Below, one piece after another: positions 1 to 10,875 of a stretch of 64,000 bases of DNA (positions are counted from its first letter, which is position 1; the number at the start of each line of letters is the position of its first letter). Made by a program: the position numbers and the translations under genes. Location: NCBI GenBank assembly GCA_943333275.1, contig CALQSQ010000004.1:9713-73712 (forward strand), read 5' to 3'. The notes under the pieces were generated by a model. The model was given only the letters and a program-made list of their open reading frames with translations. It searched no databases and had not been told where the DNA came from. This DNA comes from Akkermansia muciniphila. Lineage in GTDB: Bacteria; Verrucomicrobiota; Verrucomicrobiia; Verrucomicrobiales; V1-33.

Positions 1-184
1 GAAGCTCCTTCTGGAAGGCGAAATTTTCGACACCTTCCCCGCCAGACGCAGGCTGGAAGCAAAGCGCCCATGAGCAGAAGAGAATGGCAGGGGATTGGAA
101 CGTCATGGCTTGAGTCGCAGCGTCTCGCAGATGCAACTAAATTGCAAACCGACAGCGATGTCAATCGGCACCATAATCCGAGAC

Positions 185-1720
185 CTATCTTGGGGTTGAA
201 ATCCTGTAAAATTCCCGCAATTGCCCGGCCACAAACGGATCGAAAAATTCAGTAGCAACATCCTCCGCCGTGACGATGCTGGCAACCTCCCAAGATTCCG
301 GGAGCAGGTTGGGACTGCGTTCAATGATGTAGGTTCGTCCCGGGAGACTGTCCCAGGTCAGATGAAAGCGGTCCGGACCGGCAACCGTCTCGACAATCTG
401 TATTTGCGGAGCAGGCGATGGGCAGATGTTTTGAATTTTGCGAACACGCCCCCCATCATTGCTGACAACCAGAACGCTACCGTCTGGCGTCACCGCCACA
501 GACCGCGGTTGATTCTGACACAGTTGATTGGTTACCGGAATAGACAGGGGGAAGGTGCTGTTGTAAAAGTTGACATCCTTGGTCCCTTTTCCATTGATAA
601 AAATATGGATGAATCCCGCCGTGTCCACATAGAGCACCTGCCCACCCTTGTGGGTGCAAAGGAAATATCCGCCATTGGGTGTGAAGGAAATGCCGCGAAC
701 CTGAAATAAATACGCGGTGGTGGCCGGGGTTCCTTCGATGACTCCTCCTCCGGTCGCACCGTAAAGTCCTGCGACAATGGTTTTGGTCGAGGTTCCGGTT
801 AGCGGATCAGTCGCTTCCGCATCAATACGGTAAACCACAGAGTGGGAATTTCCTCCTGGGGCATTCTCGGCGCGGTCACATACGTACAGCTTATGCGTGA
901 TGGGGTTTACATCGATATTGCCGGGATTGATCAGCTCAAGATTGCTGAGCGTCGGAGTCACTGGAAAAGCAGTGATCGCTTGAATCCCCCCGGTTGGGGT
1001 CCATTTTTTAACAACCCCACCCAGAGGAGGATGAGAGATGGAAACGCCGACGGGAATTGGGGCCGCGTAGTCAGGAACCTCATGAGTGTAATAAATTAGA
1101 TCTTCGTTGGCACTCACCCACAAACCGCGACCGGACGGAAGGTACCGCCGGGAAGCGTCGTCCCCCGGTTGGATTTCCCCATCCGGATCATTAACCACCG
1201 TGGTCATCATCCCATCCAGGCCCACCCTGCGGATCCGATGGCTCCCTGCATCGTAAATGTAGACGACACCGTTGGGTAAGACAAAGAGACCGTTGCAGGC
1301 GACAAGGTTCAGCGCGATGGCGGGAGCCGGACCATCATCCACGAAACCAGGGGGCGGGGTGTAGGCAGGGGGAGGACCAGTGTAGGGGTAGGCATGCGTT
1401 CCGGCAAAAGTGTGAATGCGACCATCCGTGGTCACCTCCAGAATGGAGTGACTGGCCTTGTCGGCAATGTACACATTGCCCAGTGCATCCGCCATTGCCA
1501 TGTGGGGATTGGAAAGGTCCACGTTTGTCGCCATTGAATATTCGTAGGATGGAATCCAGTCGCTGGCCTCAGGGACCGAGGAATTGGAGGCTGCCCCGTT
1601 TCCAGCAAAAGCGGTTGTGATGGGCGCAAAACAATTTGTGAGTTCCTGGTATTCGGTGAGCGCAAAGGCGTTATGCAGAAGCAGGAATGGAATCACAGCA
1701 ACCGTAGCGGAAGGTTTCAT
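185..1720 (-). CDS. Secreted NHL-repeat beta-propeller protein with a conserved C-terminal roughly 70 aa module
   Basis: Signal peptide MKPSATVAVIPFLLLHNAFA. NHL-like repeats (YIADKASHSILEV, LYVCDRAENAPGGNSHSVVYRID). The C-terminus ends in ...LTWDSLPGRTYIIERSPNL...REFYRISTPR, the module shared with two other secreted proteins in this window. Confidence 0.6.
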   Translation of the reverse strand: MKPSATVAVIPFLLLHNAFALTEYQELTNCFAPITTAFAGNGAASNSSVPEASDWIPSYEYSMATNVDLSNPHMAMADALGNVYIADKASHSILEVTTDGRIHTFAGTHAYPYTGPPPAYTPPPGFVDDGPAPAIALNLVACNGLFVLPNGVVYIYDAGSHRIRRVGLDGMMTTVVNDPDGEIQPGDDASRRYLPSGRGLWVSANEDLIYYTHEVPDYAAPIPVGVSISHPPLGGVVKKWTPTGGIQAITAFPVTPTLSNLELINPGNIDVNPITHKLYVCDRAENAPGGNSHSVVYRIDAEATDPLTGTSTKTIVAGLYGATGGGVIEGTPATTAYLFQVRGISFTPNGGYFLCTHKGGQVLYVDTAGFIHIFINGKGTKDVNFYNSTFPLSIPVTNQLCQNQPRSVAVTPDGSVLVVSNDGGRVRKIQNICPSPAPQIQIVETVAGPDRFHLTWDSLPGRTYIIERSPNLLPESWEVASIVTAEDVATEFFDPFVAGQLREFYRISTPR

Positions 1721-1922
1721 GGGGAGGGAGAGTTTACCGATTTAACCCTAAGGCTTCCTGCAAACCAGGTCCACCATTCAATCTATAATGACAGGAATTT
1801 CACCTCCCCCGAAACCAAAATTGCTGGGAAGAATGTGCCGGAAAAATGACGGCTTAATCGAGGGCATCTGAACGGTAGATGGTTGACTCCGACCCTGAGG
1901 CTATCAATCCGGCCTCAATGCT

Positions 1923-3725
1923 TCATTCCGTCGTCTGATAGGTGAGCCACTCTCGCCAACTTCCATAACTCGTGATTTCCCTGGCTGTCTCGCTGATCAG
2001 GCCTTCACAAACGAAACCACACACGTGCGATCCATCCGCGAGCTGCACACGGCCCAGGACCAGCGGCGCGGCGATGCCTTCGAGGAAGGATCCCATGGTG
2101 GATTTGGGGATTTCCCAGACTTCGAGTTCGATGGCGGCTCCGCCTTCTCTGACGCGGACCATGCCAGGCCGGTCAGGAATGCGTCCGTTTGCGGGTAGCA
2201 GGTAGAGTCGATAGCAAGGCGCACTCTGGATTCGTTGCACAAAGCGGGCCTTGCGGTCGCTCAACTGCCAGTGCAACGCGAGTCCCTCCATGTGAGCCCC
2301 GCAGACGGCAATCTTCATCATGGGGACTGTGGATGGTGGCGATTCAGGCAGTGGCACGTCACTGCTCATTGCGGAGGATTTTCCAAGCGGAAGATTGGCC
2401 TCAGCGTGAAAGCGGGCCGCGCAATCGAGCACAAGTGCATCGCCATGAGGGGGCGCATAGAAAGTCACGCCCCAGGGCAGGCCATTGCACTGAAATCCGG
2501 CGGGAACGGCACAGCCGCAGAGATCAAGCAGGTTCATGAAATTCGTATAACGACCAAGGTTGCTGTTGAGTTTGATCGGTTCGGCCTCCACTTCTGCCCT
2601 GGTATAAATAGTCCCGGCGGTTGGCATCAGCAGAGAATTGATGTTTTGCCACGTGGCTTCACTGGCGCGCCTGAGTTCCGCGAGTCGATATTGCGCCCGG
2701 AAAGCATCCACCGCCGTCCCCTTGAGACCGCCTTCAATGATTGTGCGAGTCACTGGCAAAAGGGCTTCTGGCTGTTCTGCGAGAAGTTTACTGACAACTG
2801 CGGTGCGTTCCGCCACCCACGGCCCTTCGTAGAGCAAACGCGCTGCATCAAGAAAGGCGCTGATGTCCACTTCGATGATTTCCCAACCCATTCCGGCGAT
2901 GGTTTGTCTGGCATGATCAAACAATCGTTTGGCATCATCGTTGCCAAAGAAATCCAGTTGATCGGACCTCGGAACACCAATCTTAGGCGGCCAGGAAAAC
3001 TCCGCACTCAATCCTGCACTGCGTGCATAGGCATCCGCTTCATCAAACGCAGCCGCCACTTTCAAAACACTCGACGCATCCGCCGCCGTCAGCGCAAAAA
3101 TGGAGACGCAATCGAGCGTCCGGCACGCAGGCACAACCCCGGTGCAACTCAACAAACCTCGCGTCGCCTTAAGCCCGATGAGATTGTTAAACGAAGCGGG
3201 AACGCGCCCCGATCCAGCAGTGTCCGTTCCTAATGAAAAACTGCACAGGCCTTTCGCCACCGCCACCGCTGATCCCGCGCTGCTGCCACCAGGAATGTAA
3301 TCTGGATTGAAAGCGTTTCCTGGCACCCCATACGGCGAACGCACGCCGACAAGTCCTGTGGCGAACTGATCAAGGTTGGTCTTGCCCATGGGAATGGCTC
3401 CGGCATCAATCAGCAGTTTAACCACGAAAGCATGCTGGGCTGGCTCATAACTCCATGCCGGGCAGGCGGCCGTGGTGGGAAATCCAGCGCAATCAATGTT
3501 GTCCTTGATGGCAAAAGGAATGCCGTAGAGCGGCTTGGAATCAGGCGATTCTCCTTCGAGTGCTCGAAGCGATTCTCTCAACTGCTCTTCCGTGGGCCGA
3601 CTGATCCAGATCGCCGGATCATCCGACGCGGCGCGCCTCCATGCATCGAGAACAATTTCCCTGGGGCTGCAGGATCCCTCCCGATAGGCCTTGAGCAGCG
3701 CGGAAATGGAAAGATCTGGAATCAT
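1923..3725 (-). CDS. atzF: Allophanate hydrolase (amidase-signature family plus AtzF C-terminal domain)
   Basis: 600 aa. Amidase-signature region [24 protein letters not shown]...[12 protein letters not shown] followed by a C-terminal extension typical of allophanate hydrolase. 4-bp overlap with the upstream carboxylase gene. Confidence 0.85.
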   Translation of the reverse strand: MIPDLSISALLKAYREGSCSPREIVLDAWRRAASDDPAIWISRPTEEQLRESLRALEGESPDSKPLYGIPFAIKDNIDCAGFPTTAACPAWSYEPAQHAFVVKLLIDAGAIPMGKTNLDQFATGLVGVRSPYGVPGNAFNPDYIPGGSSAGSAVAVAKGLCSFSLGTDTAGSGRVPASFNNLIGLKATRGLLSCTGVVPACRTLDCVSIFALTAADASSVLKVAAAFDEADAYARSAGLSAEFSWPPKIGVPRSDQLDFFGNDDAKRLFDHARQTIAGMGWEIIEVDISAFLDAARLLYEGPWVAERTAVVSKLLAEQPEALLPVTRTIIEGGLKGTAVDAFRAQYRLAELRRASEATWQNINSLLMPTAGTIYTRAEVEAEPIKLNSNLGRYTNFMNLLDLCGCAVPAGFQCNGLPWGVTFYAPPHGDALVLDCAARFHAEANLPLGKSSAMSSDVPLPESPPSTVPMMKIAVCGAHMEGLALHWQLSDRKARFVQRIQSAPCYRLYLLPANGRIPDRPGMVRVREGGAAIELEVWEIPKSTMGSFLEGIAAPLVLGRVQLADGSHVCGFVCEGLISETAREITSYGSWREWLTYQTTE

Positions 3726-6700
3726 AGTTGCACGGAGATGAGAGTTTGGCCCGGAGTCACTGCCTGACCTTCCTTCACATGCAGCGCCGCCACGGTGCCC
3801 GAGGTCGTGCTCGGAACGTGGATCTCCATCTTCATGGCCTCAACGATGAGCAGCGTTTGTCCTTCCTCCACACGATCACCGACGGCGACCTGCAGTTTCC
3901 AAAGACTTCCAGTCACCGGACTGACAACCGCTTCATGGCCGTCCGGCAGCGTGATCTCTGTATCCGCCGTCATCGCACTGGAAGTCGATTCCGTGACGTC
4001 CAGCCCCGCGATCCTCCACCGTTCACGCTCAGCCGCGAAGGCATCGCGCTGAAAGGAACGAAACGCAGCGATGCTTGGTGATTCGCTTTCAAGAAATTCG
4101 AGATAGTCACTGAGTCTGAAACTGCTCTGTTCGATGCGCGGCGTGAAACGTCCCGCAGGGAAATCGCGCCTCAGCTCCATCAACTCGTCCGCACTGACAA
4201 GATAGAACCGCACTTGATCAAAGAACCTCAGCAGCCACGGCTTGCCATCTTCGAAGACATCCGTGACCCGATCACGATTCCACATTTGAATGGTGCGTCC
4301 CACAAATTGGTAACCGCCCGGTCCCTCCATACCATAGATGCACATGTAGGCACCTCCGATGCCCACGGCATTCTCCGGCGTCCAGGTGCGGGCGGGATTG
4401 TATTTGGTCGTGACCAGGCGATGCCGTGGATCAAGCGGTGTCGCGACCGGCGCGCCAAGGTAAACATCACCCAACCCAAGCACCAGATAGCTCGCATCGA
4501 AAACAATGCGCTGCACATCGGCGATACTCTCCAGCCCATTGATGCGACGGATGAACTCAATATTGCTGGGGCACCAAGGAGCATCGGGCCGAACCGATTG
4601 CATGTATTTGTCTATGGCCAGTTGCGTCTGAGGATCGTCCCATGAGAGCGGAAGATGCAAGATGCGGGATGGCACTTTCAAATGCTCCACATCATCCAGC
4701 GAGGAGATTAACTCTTCCACCAAACGTTCAACCTGCTCTAGTCGCAGCTGCTCGCCATCGATATGAATCTGCAACGAACGAATCCCCGGCGTGAGATCCA
4801 CGATGCCGGGATGATTCATCGACTGAAGTTTTAAATAGACGGCATGCACCCAGAAGCGCAGGGCGATATCGAGCACCAGAGGCCCAAACTCCACTAGCAG
4901 GTTGCGATCCCCCGCCGGACGATACACAACTTCGGGGCGTGATGCGCAAGCCGCGATGCGATGCCGCACTGCCTGCAAAGCAGCCAGTCCACCCGTTGTT
5001 AATTCCGGAGGTGTTCCACCCGCCATGGAATCTTCTACAAACGCATCGAGCGCCTCTGCTTGCTCCAGCGAAATTGCCACGAACTGGATGCGATCTCCTG
5101 GTTTCAGTTGCCCCACTTTCCACAAGTCAGCATGGACGACAACAGCCGGGCACACAAAGCCGCCCAGGCTCGGGCCATCCGGTCCCAGGATGATTGGCAT
5201 GTCGCCGGTGAAATCAATGGAGCCGATCGCATAAGCGTTGTCATGAATGTTCGAGGGATGCAATCCTGCCTCACCACCGTCCGCACGCGCCCAGGTGGGT
5301 TTTGGTCCGATCAAACGCACACCGGTGCGCGCCGAGTTGTAATGAACCTCCCATTCCGTTGCAAAAAACATTTCGATGTCTTCAGGAGTGAAAAAATCAG
5401 GCGCACCGTGTGGACCGTAGAGGACGCGAATCGTGTCCACTTTGTTTCCGGCAGAGAAGGGATGGAGCTTGGCCAAAGAGAAAGAACCGATGGCCGCAGT
5501 TGCAGGGTTGATGTGAATAACATCGCCGACGCGCAACGCCCGCCCAGCGTGGCCGCCGAAATTCCCCAGCGTAAACGTCGAGCAGCTTCCCAGATAAAGC
5601 GGCACATCCAATCCACCCTGAACTGCCAGATAAGCGCGGCACCCATGTCCGGTGGTGCGCCCAAGCTTAAGCGTCTGTCCGGCAAGCACGGAGATCGGCT
5701 TCCAGAAGGCAACGGAAGCACCATCCAACTCCGCACTCATTTCTGCGCCAGTCAGACAAATGGTAGTGTCCGCATTAAATCGGAGCGTCGGCCCCGCCAG
5801 AGTCATTTCAAGACCTGCGACCCCTTCCTCGTTTCCGATCAGTCGATTTGCGATGCGCAGGGCCAGCGGATCCATCGCCCCAGAGGGAGGCACGCCGATT
5901 TCCCAATAGCCAAGCCGCCCCGGCGTATCCTGCACTGTCGTTTGTACTCCTGGAGCGAGCACATCGATGGTTGAAGGTCGATACTGAAATGAAGTGGCCA
6001 GGGCGCGCGTGGTGATGCGTCCTTCGGTGAAAAGTGGATCGCGAATCACCTGCCGCAGGTAGGCCAGGTTCGTCTCGATGCCACTGACGTTCGAATGGTC
6101 CAGCGCATGCTGCATCTTGGAAATGGCGTCGGCGCGGTCTGCACCGTGCACTATAATCTTCACCAGCAGCGGATCGTAATACGGCGTGACTTCCGTTCCT
6201 GTGCTGATCCATCCATCACAGCGGGCTTCCCTGCAAAGTTGCACATCCGTGAGGCGCCCGCAGCTCGGTTGGAAGTCCTTGTTAGGATCCTCCGCATAAA
6301 CACGGACTTGGATGGCGCTTCCTTTTGGCGTAAAAGCAAAGCTTTCCAACCCAACATCCTCGCCTGCGGCGGTCCGAACCATCCATTCGACGAGGTCCAG
6401 TCCGGTAACGCATTCCGTGACGGTGTGTTCTACCTGCAGCCGGGTGTTCACCTCCAGGAAATAAAACTCGTTGGTGTCGGCATCATACACAAACTCCACG
6501 GTGCCGGCCGAACGGTAGTTTACGGATTTCCCCAACCGCACGGCGCAATCCCAAAGTGCATAGCGTGTCTCATCGGATAAGTTCGGCGCTGGTGTCTCCT
6601 CGATGATTTTCTGATTGCGACGCTGCGTCGAACAGTCGCGTTCCCCCAGGGAAACGAGCGAGCCTTTTCCATCGCCGAAAATTTGCACCTCAACGTGCCG

Positions 6701-7315
6701 TGCATTGACGACCAGCTTCTCAACAAACACCCCGCCATCCCCGAAACTTGATTTCCCCTGACGCACCACGGATTCAAACGCGGCCCGCAGTGATGCAACG
6801 TCATCACACCGCCGCATTCCGATTCCGCCGCCGCCCGCCGTGCTCTTGAGCATGACGGGAAAACCAATGCGCGACGCCTCACTCACCGCCTCGTCCGCAT
6901 CGCGCAGCAGGGCCGAGCCTGGAACCAATGGAACCTTGCAGGCCAGGGCTCGTTCACGCGCGGTGTGCTTCAATCCAAAGGCGCGCATTTGATCAGGCGT
7001 TGGCCCCATGAAAGCCATGCCGGCCTGTTCGCAGGCTTCGGCGAAACCCGCATTTTCACTGAGCAATCCATATCCGGGATGAACCGCCTGCGCACCGCAT
7101 TGAGATGCAATTTCCAACAATCGCTTCTGGTTGATGTAGCTCTCGGCCACCGGCGCGGGGCCCAGCAGATAGGACTCATCGGCCATGGAGACATGGGGCG
7201 CGTCGCGATCCGCTTCGGAATATACAGCAACGGAGCCAACGCCCATTTTTTTGAGAGTTCGGATGATGCGGCAGGCGATTTCGCCGCGATTGGCCACGAG
7301 GACTTTGGTAAACAT
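3722..7315 (-). CDS. Biotin-dependent urea carboxylase family enzyme (possibly a guanidine carboxylase)
   Basis: 1197 aa. N-terminal biotin carboxylase ([20 protein letters not shown]). Central KipI/KipA-like carboxyltransferase domains. C-terminal biotinyl domain with EAMKME motif. Sits next to DUF1989 genes and an allophanate hydrolase. Confidence 0.85.
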   Translation of the reverse strand: MFTKVLVANRGEIACRIIRTLKKMGVGSVAVYSEADRDAPHVSMADESYLLGPAPVAESYINQKRLLEIASQCGAQAVHPGYGLLSENAGFAEACEQAGMAFMGPTPDQMRAFGLKHTARERALACKVPLVPGSALLRDADEAVSEASRIGFPVMLKSTAGGGGIGMRRCDDVASLRAAFESVVRQGKSSFGDGGVFVEKLVVNARHVEVQIFGDGKGSLVSLGERDCSTQRRNQKIIEETPAPNLSDETRYALWDCAVRLGKSVNYRSAGTVEFVYDADTNEFYFLEVNTRLQVEHTVTECVTGLDLVEWMVRTAAGEDVGLESFAFTPKGSAIQVRVYAEDPNKDFQPSCGRLTDVQLCREARCDGWISTGTEVTPYYDPLLVKIIVHGADRADAISKMQHALDHSNVSGIETNLAYLRQVIRDPLFTEGRITTRALATSFQYRPSTIDVLAPGVQTTVQDTPGRLGYWEIGVPPSGAMDPLALRIANRLIGNEEGVAGLEMTLAGPTLRFNADTTICLTGAEMSAELDGASVAFWKPISVLAGQTLKLGRTTGHGCRAYLAVQGGLDVPLYLGSCSTFTLGNFGGHAGRALRVGDVIHINPATAAIGSFSLAKLHPFSAGNKVDTIRVLYGPHGAPDFFTPEDIEMFFATEWEVHYNSARTGVRLIGPKPTWARADGGEAGLHPSNIHDNAYAIGSIDFTGDMPIILGPDGPSLGGFVCPAVVVHADLWKVGQLKPGDRIQFVAISLEQAEALDAFVEDSMAGGTPPELTTGGLAALQAVRHRIAACASRPEVVYRPAGDRNLLVEFGPLVLDIALRFWVHAVYLKLQSMNHPGIVDLTPGIRSLQIHIDGEQLRLEQVERLVEELISSLDDVEHLKVPSRILHLPLSWDDPQTQLAIDKYMQSVRPDAPWCPSNIEFIRRINGLESIADVQRIVFDASYLVLGLGDVYLGAPVATPLDPRHRLVTTKYNPARTWTPENAVGIGGAYMCIYGMEGPGGYQFVGRTIQMWNRDRVTDVFEDGKPWLLRFFDQVRFYLVSADELMELRRDFPAGRFTPRIEQSSFRLSDYLEFLESESPSIAAFRSFQRDAFAAERERWRIAGLDVTESTSSAMTADTEITLPDGHEAVVSPVTGSLWKLQVAVGDRVEEGQTLLIVEAMKMEIHVPSTTSGTVAALHVKEGQAVTPGQTLISVQL

Positions 7316-7318
7316 AGG

Positions 7319-7951
7319 TCAGTCCCAGATGAGCACGCGCACCGGGGTTGGGTTGTAGGCATTGCAGGGATTGTTTAACTGCGGGCAGTTGGAAATGAGG
7401 CACATCACATCCATTTCGGCGCGCATTTCGACATACCGTCCCGGGCCGCTGACGCCATCGGCAAAGCTGAGCTGGCCATCCAGTGTCACGGGCACATTCA
7501 TGAAAAAATTGATATTGCAGGTGATGTCGCGCTTGCCCATGCCGTGGCTCCAGCATTGCACGCCGCGGATAAAACTGTCGCGGCAGGCATGCATCGGCTC
7601 TTTTTCGACTGCGTAACGCATAACGTTGCTTTCGCGTGAGCAAGCGCCGCCAAGCGTGTCGTGCCGGCCGCAGGTGTCGGCCACGATAGTGAGCAGCGGA
7701 TTACCCCGTGTGGACATGAGCTTCGTTCCCGTCGTCAAATAAAGCGCAGCCTGATGACGGATGGTATCGCTCGCGCTGTAGCGTTCGAGCGGATCATGGG
7801 CGTTATAAAACAGAGTGTCGGCGGCCTGGTTTCCCTCCAGATCCTCGATGCGCAGGGTCTGCCCTTTTTTAACAAGATGCAGCCAGTGATCGCCCGCAGG
7901 CACGATCTCGTCGTGAACTGCTTCAGAAGGATTGAGGTGGGATGCGATCAT
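7319..7951 (-). CDS. Urea-carboxylase-associated DUF1989 protein (CgdAB-like carboxyguanidine deiminase subunit)
   Basis: Paralogous to the adjacent DUF1989 ORF (shared [11 protein letters not shown]...LFYNA pattern). Start taken at MIASHLN, which gives an ATGA overlap with the upstream stop at 7948-7950. Confidence 0.7.
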   Translation of the reverse strand: MIASHLNPSEAVHDEIVPAGDHWLHLVKKGQTLRIEDLEGNQAADTLFYNAHDPLERYSASDTIRHQAALYLTTGTKLMSTRGNPLLTIVADTCGRHDTLGGACSRESNVMRYAVEKEPMHACRDSFIRGVQCWSHGMGKRDITCNINFFMNVPVTLDGQLSFADGVSGPGRYVEMRAEMDVMCLISNCPQLNNPCNAYNPTPVRVLIWD

Positions 7952-8664
7952 CGGGCGAGGAGGTAAAATTCTTCGGTGCTGCAATGCGCCCTGGCGTTCT
8001 CGGGCCGCACGATGAAGCTTGGGTCATCGACAGCGGGAGGATCACTCCTGAGGACCTCGAGCCGCACCCGACGCGGGTGATACTGTGGATCGGGATCCAG
8101 CGGATGCTGGCAGGTGTTCAGCACCACAAGCGTGTCCATTTCGAATCGCAGATCGACTGAGTCCCCCGGCTTTGAGTTTCCACTGACAAAATCCAGCCGC
8201 CCTTCCTCGTCCGCCACAATCTTGCTGAACCAATTAAGGTTCGGAACCAGATCACGCTCGCCCAGTCCCCATTTCGAAAGCTCGATGAGGAAGCAGTCCC
8301 GGGCATTGCGATGAAAATCATTGCGGGCGGTTTGAAAATTTTTCTCCCCATATTTTTTAAGGACCAGGGAGGCATCGCTAGCCCCACACACGGAGTCGTG
8401 CCAGCCAACGTCATCCCGGGTGATCGAGGCGAACAATCTCCCCATGTCCGAATGAAGGCAATAGGGGGCGCGCAGGTAGAAAATGTGCTGGCCCTTGAGC
8501 GTATCGGGCATGTTGTAGCGTTCATGACGCTCGGTGGCGTTATAGAGCAGCATGCCGACATTGGCGCCGCCCTCGAGATCGGTAAGTCGCAGGGTCTTAT
8601 GCCTGCCAATGACGCGCGACCACATGCCTGCGCCGCTGAGTTCGATGTTATAAAAGGGAGTCAT
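7948..8664 (-). CDS. Urea-carboxylase-associated DUF1989 protein (CgdAB-like carboxyguanidine deiminase subunit)
   Basis: 238 aa. [26 protein letters not shown] is paralogous to the neighbouring ORF. 4-bp overlap with the upstream regulator gene. Confidence 0.7.
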   Translation of the reverse strand: MTPFYNIELSGAGMWSRVIGRHKTLRLTDLEGGANVGMLLYNATERHERYNMPDTLKGQHIFYLRAPYCLHSDMGRLFASITRDDVGWHDSVCGASDASLVLKKYGEKNFQTARNDFHRNARDCFLIELSKWGLGERDLVPNLNWFSKIVADEEGRLDFVSGNSKPGDSVDLRFEMDTLVVLNTCQHPLDPDPQYHPRRVRLEVLRSDPPAVDDPSFIVRPENARAHCSTEEFYLLAR

Positions 8665-9149
8665 GGTTCATCCGCCTGGGTTTGAATGGGTGGCATGAGG
8701 GTGCGCGTCAGGTTAAGCCGTCCAGCGAGCACCCCCTTGCAGGTGAGGAGTTTGTTGGCAATTTGGCGCAACCGCTTTGCCGGACCCTGAACAAGAATCA
8801 CTTCCATGGTGTTACTGTTTTCCAGCAGGACATGCAGGGAACTGATCACCTCCCGAATGCTCTCATGCTGGATGTCGGCAATTTCCTGCTTCAACCCGGG
8901 CCGCTTGTGATCGTAGAAAAGCGTGATTGTGCCGGCCATCATGCGGTTGCCTCGAAGGCTGTAATAGTCGGCAATGTGCTGGGTGAGGACTTCCGCCACC
9001 GCCTGCGATCGATTGTGGAATCCTCGCTCGATCATCAACTCCTGAAACTGACGAAACACGCCCTCGGGCAACGAGAGCGTAACCCGGTGGGCAGTGGTGG
9101 AGTCAGCGGAAGGAAGGTCGGCCATTTTGTGATAAGGAATCTTGAGCAC
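8661..9149 (-). CDS. NikR-family ribbon-helix-helix transcriptional regulator (nickel-ligand residues not conserved)
   Basis: [34 protein letters not shown] aligns with the E. coli NikR N-terminal RHH domain ([30 protein letters not shown]). The C-terminal ACT-like domain is present, but where E. coli NikR has HHHHD...HDDC this protein has QHESIRE...NSNTMEV. An alternative start at the second Met (9125) is possible. Confidence 0.6.
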   Translation of the reverse strand: MLKIPYHKMADLPSADSTTAHRVTLSLPEGVFRQFQELMIERGFHNRSQAVAEVLTQHIADYYSLRGNRMMAGTITLFYDHKRPGLKQEIADIQHESIREVISSLHVLLENSNTMEVILVQGPAKRLRQIANKLLTCKGVLAGRLNLTRTLMPPIQTQADEP

Positions 9150-9163
9150 GATTCAGACCATTC

Positions 9164-9190
9164 GTATGAAGAAAAATCAAATTGGTATGA
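9164..9190 (-). promoter_or_regulatory. Candidate operator: direct repeat GTATGAAG-N13-GTATGAAG in a 53-bp AT-rich gap immediately upstream of the NikR-like gene
   Basis: GTATGA is the NikR half-site in E. coli (GTATGA-N16-TCATAC). It occurs here twice at 21-bp spacing, as a direct repeat, in the only non-coding gap of the operon. Confidence 0.35.
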
Positions 9191-9202
9191 AGTATTTAGG
9201 GT

Positions 9203-10018
9203 TTAAATCACATTCTGCAATCGTCCCATCATCCAACGGTTCACCTCGCGAAGGTCAGCCACCCGCTTCCGTGTAAATAGCTCCTCCTGCAGGTATCCAT
9301 CCGGGCCGAACTCCGGGGTGAACGTGGGCAGAGGATTCCCATGCAAAACTTGTCTTTCCGCAATTCGCCGCCACCAGCGTTCATGGGCTACGAGGGCGGC
9401 GGCATATTCCGGCACACGGGGATCGGGAACCTGCGGTCCCTGCTCGTAGCCCACGCGTGCATGCACATGAAGGGCACGATTCGCGATTAAATCCAACAAT
9501 TCCCCCTCCTCATCCATCACCAGCCTTTCGGTCACCGCGCACCAGTGGCTGAAATCACAGGTTAATCTCAGCTCAGGAATTCCCTTCAACAAATCGCGCG
9601 TCACCCAGGGATGGAACGTAGGCCGGCTCCGGTGCGTCTCGAACGCAATCGGGATGCCAAATTCCCTCTCGAGTGCGAGCGCTTGCGCATAAAAACTAAG
9701 GGCTTCGGCCATCGGCCAGGCGTCGCTCCCGGCAAGGGCATTGATCAAAATCGGTTTGAACGGAAGGGACTTTTCAATTTGATCACGCAAATCCTCAAAA
9801 TGAACCTTAGTGGAGAGGTGCGCGCGGGGCACGTATCCGCCCCCGGTCGCGATTTCTGCAATCCATGGCACGGATCGCTGACGCAAACTTTCCACGTTGG
9901 CATCATCCACCGGCACCGGTCCCTCGATTCCACAGGCCTCCCATTCGGCAGCAAGCGCCAATGCGCCGGTGATATTCACCTCGTTTCCCCAGCAGGACAC
10001 AAAACATCGCGGTTTCAT
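9203..10018 (-). CDS. Sugar phosphate isomerase/epimerase (xylose-isomerase-like TIM barrel) family protein
   Basis: 271 aa. My impression of the family comes from conserved acidic and His positions in a TIM-barrel-sized protein. The assignment is by general resemblance only. Confidence 0.45.
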   Translation of the reverse strand: MKPRCFVSCWGNEVNITGALALAAEWEACGIEGPVPVDDANVESLRQRSVPWIAEIATGGGYVPRAHLSTKVHFEDLRDQIEKSLPFKPILINALAGSDAWPMAEALSFYAQALALEREFGIPIAFETHRSRPTFHPWVTRDLLKGIPELRLTCDFSHWCAVTERLVMDEEGELLDLIANRALHVHARVGYEQGPQVPDPRVPEYAAALVAHERWWRRIAERQVLHGNPLPTFTPEFGPDGYLQEELFTRKRVADLREVNRWMMGRLQNVI

Positions 10019-10875
10019 GGCAAATCGAAGTTCACCTCCCTTCTGGCCTCCGGATGGCCCCTAACGTATTCGGCAATCTCCTGCCCACGTGCGAACCAAA
10101 CGTAACCTCGTTCCCTCGCCTTTGTCAGCAACTCCTCCAGCAACCGCACCCGTGAGGGGCGCCCGCTCAGCCAGGGATGCAGCGTAAGCACGAAACAGCA
10201 GCCAAAATCACGCATGGCCTCGAATTCGCGCCACCAGAGATCGAACACGTTGCTGCAATTCTGCGGAATGGAACCCCAGGCTGGCTCGGCATTGAAGGCG
10301 AACTGCTCCCAGTCCTCCAGCATCCATTGGCCGGGAATTTCGATGAGACCATTTGAGTGCGTGTAGGGCACGTCATCGCCCATCATGCTGGCATTATAAA
10401 GATAGCTGAACTCCTTCAACAATCCGGGTGTTCCAGGATTGATCTCAAACCATGGAGCGCGAAACCCAACGGGGCGCCTGCCCGTGATACGCTCAAGGAT
10501 GCCGGTACTTTTTTCCAAAACCGCGCGTTCCTCCTGTGGAGATAAATGGGCCAGCTTTTCGTGCATGTGCCCATGTGCGCCGACCTCATGCCCGCGGGTG
10601 ACGATGGCTTCCATCATCCGTGGATGACGTTCGGCGATGTAACTCGGCACGAAAAACGTGGCCGGGAGTTGCAAATGATCGAGCAAGCCCAGTAATCGCG
10701 GCACGCCAACGTTTGGTCCATATTCGCACTGCGACATCGTGGTGAGGCGGGAAGCGAGCGTTGGGTCCTCGGAGAGCGCGGTGGTTTCGCCATCGACATC
10801 AAAGCACAGCATGAAGGCACACTTGGCACCGTCGGGCCAGATAAAGCGTGGAGGAGGGGAGTAGAGTTCAGTCAT
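10015..10875 (-). CDS. Polysaccharide deacetylase (NodB-homology) family protein, possibly a PuuE-type amidohydrolase
   Basis: ATFFVPSYIAERHPRMMEAIVTRGHEVGAHGHMHE resembles the NodB-domain metal-binding His region. Start set at MTELYSPPP (10875) so the gene does not overlap the SDR gene. Confidence 0.65.
   Translation of the reverse strand: MTELYSPPPRFIWPDGAKCAFMLCFDVDGETTALSEDPTLASRLTTMSQCEYGPNVGVPRLLGLLDHLQLPATFFVPSYIAERHPRMMEAIVTRGHEVGAHGHMHEKLAHLSPQEERAVLEKSTGILERITGRRPVGFRAPWFEINPGTPGLLKEFSYLYNASMMGDDVPYTHSNGLIEIPGQWMLEDWEQFAFNAEPAWGSIPQNCSNVFDLWWREFEAMRDFGCCFVLTLHPWLSGRPSRVRLLEELLTKARERGYVWFARGQEIAEYVRGHPEARREVNFDLP

Noticed and set aside
70-255. 61 aa ORF at the window start
   Set aside because: Overlaps the 3' end of the NHL-repeat gene on the opposite strand. 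It has no recognisable features and is probably spurious.
2235-3233. Long antisense or alternative-frame ORFs inside confirmed genes (for example 2235-3233, 5060-5974, 33269-33949, 43908-45239, 49287-50852, 52993-54177)
   Set aside because: Their translations are Arg/Gly/Pro-rich and low complexity, which is typical of out-of-frame reading in 60% GC DNA. Each lies wholly inside a gene with strong family signatures on the other strand or frame.
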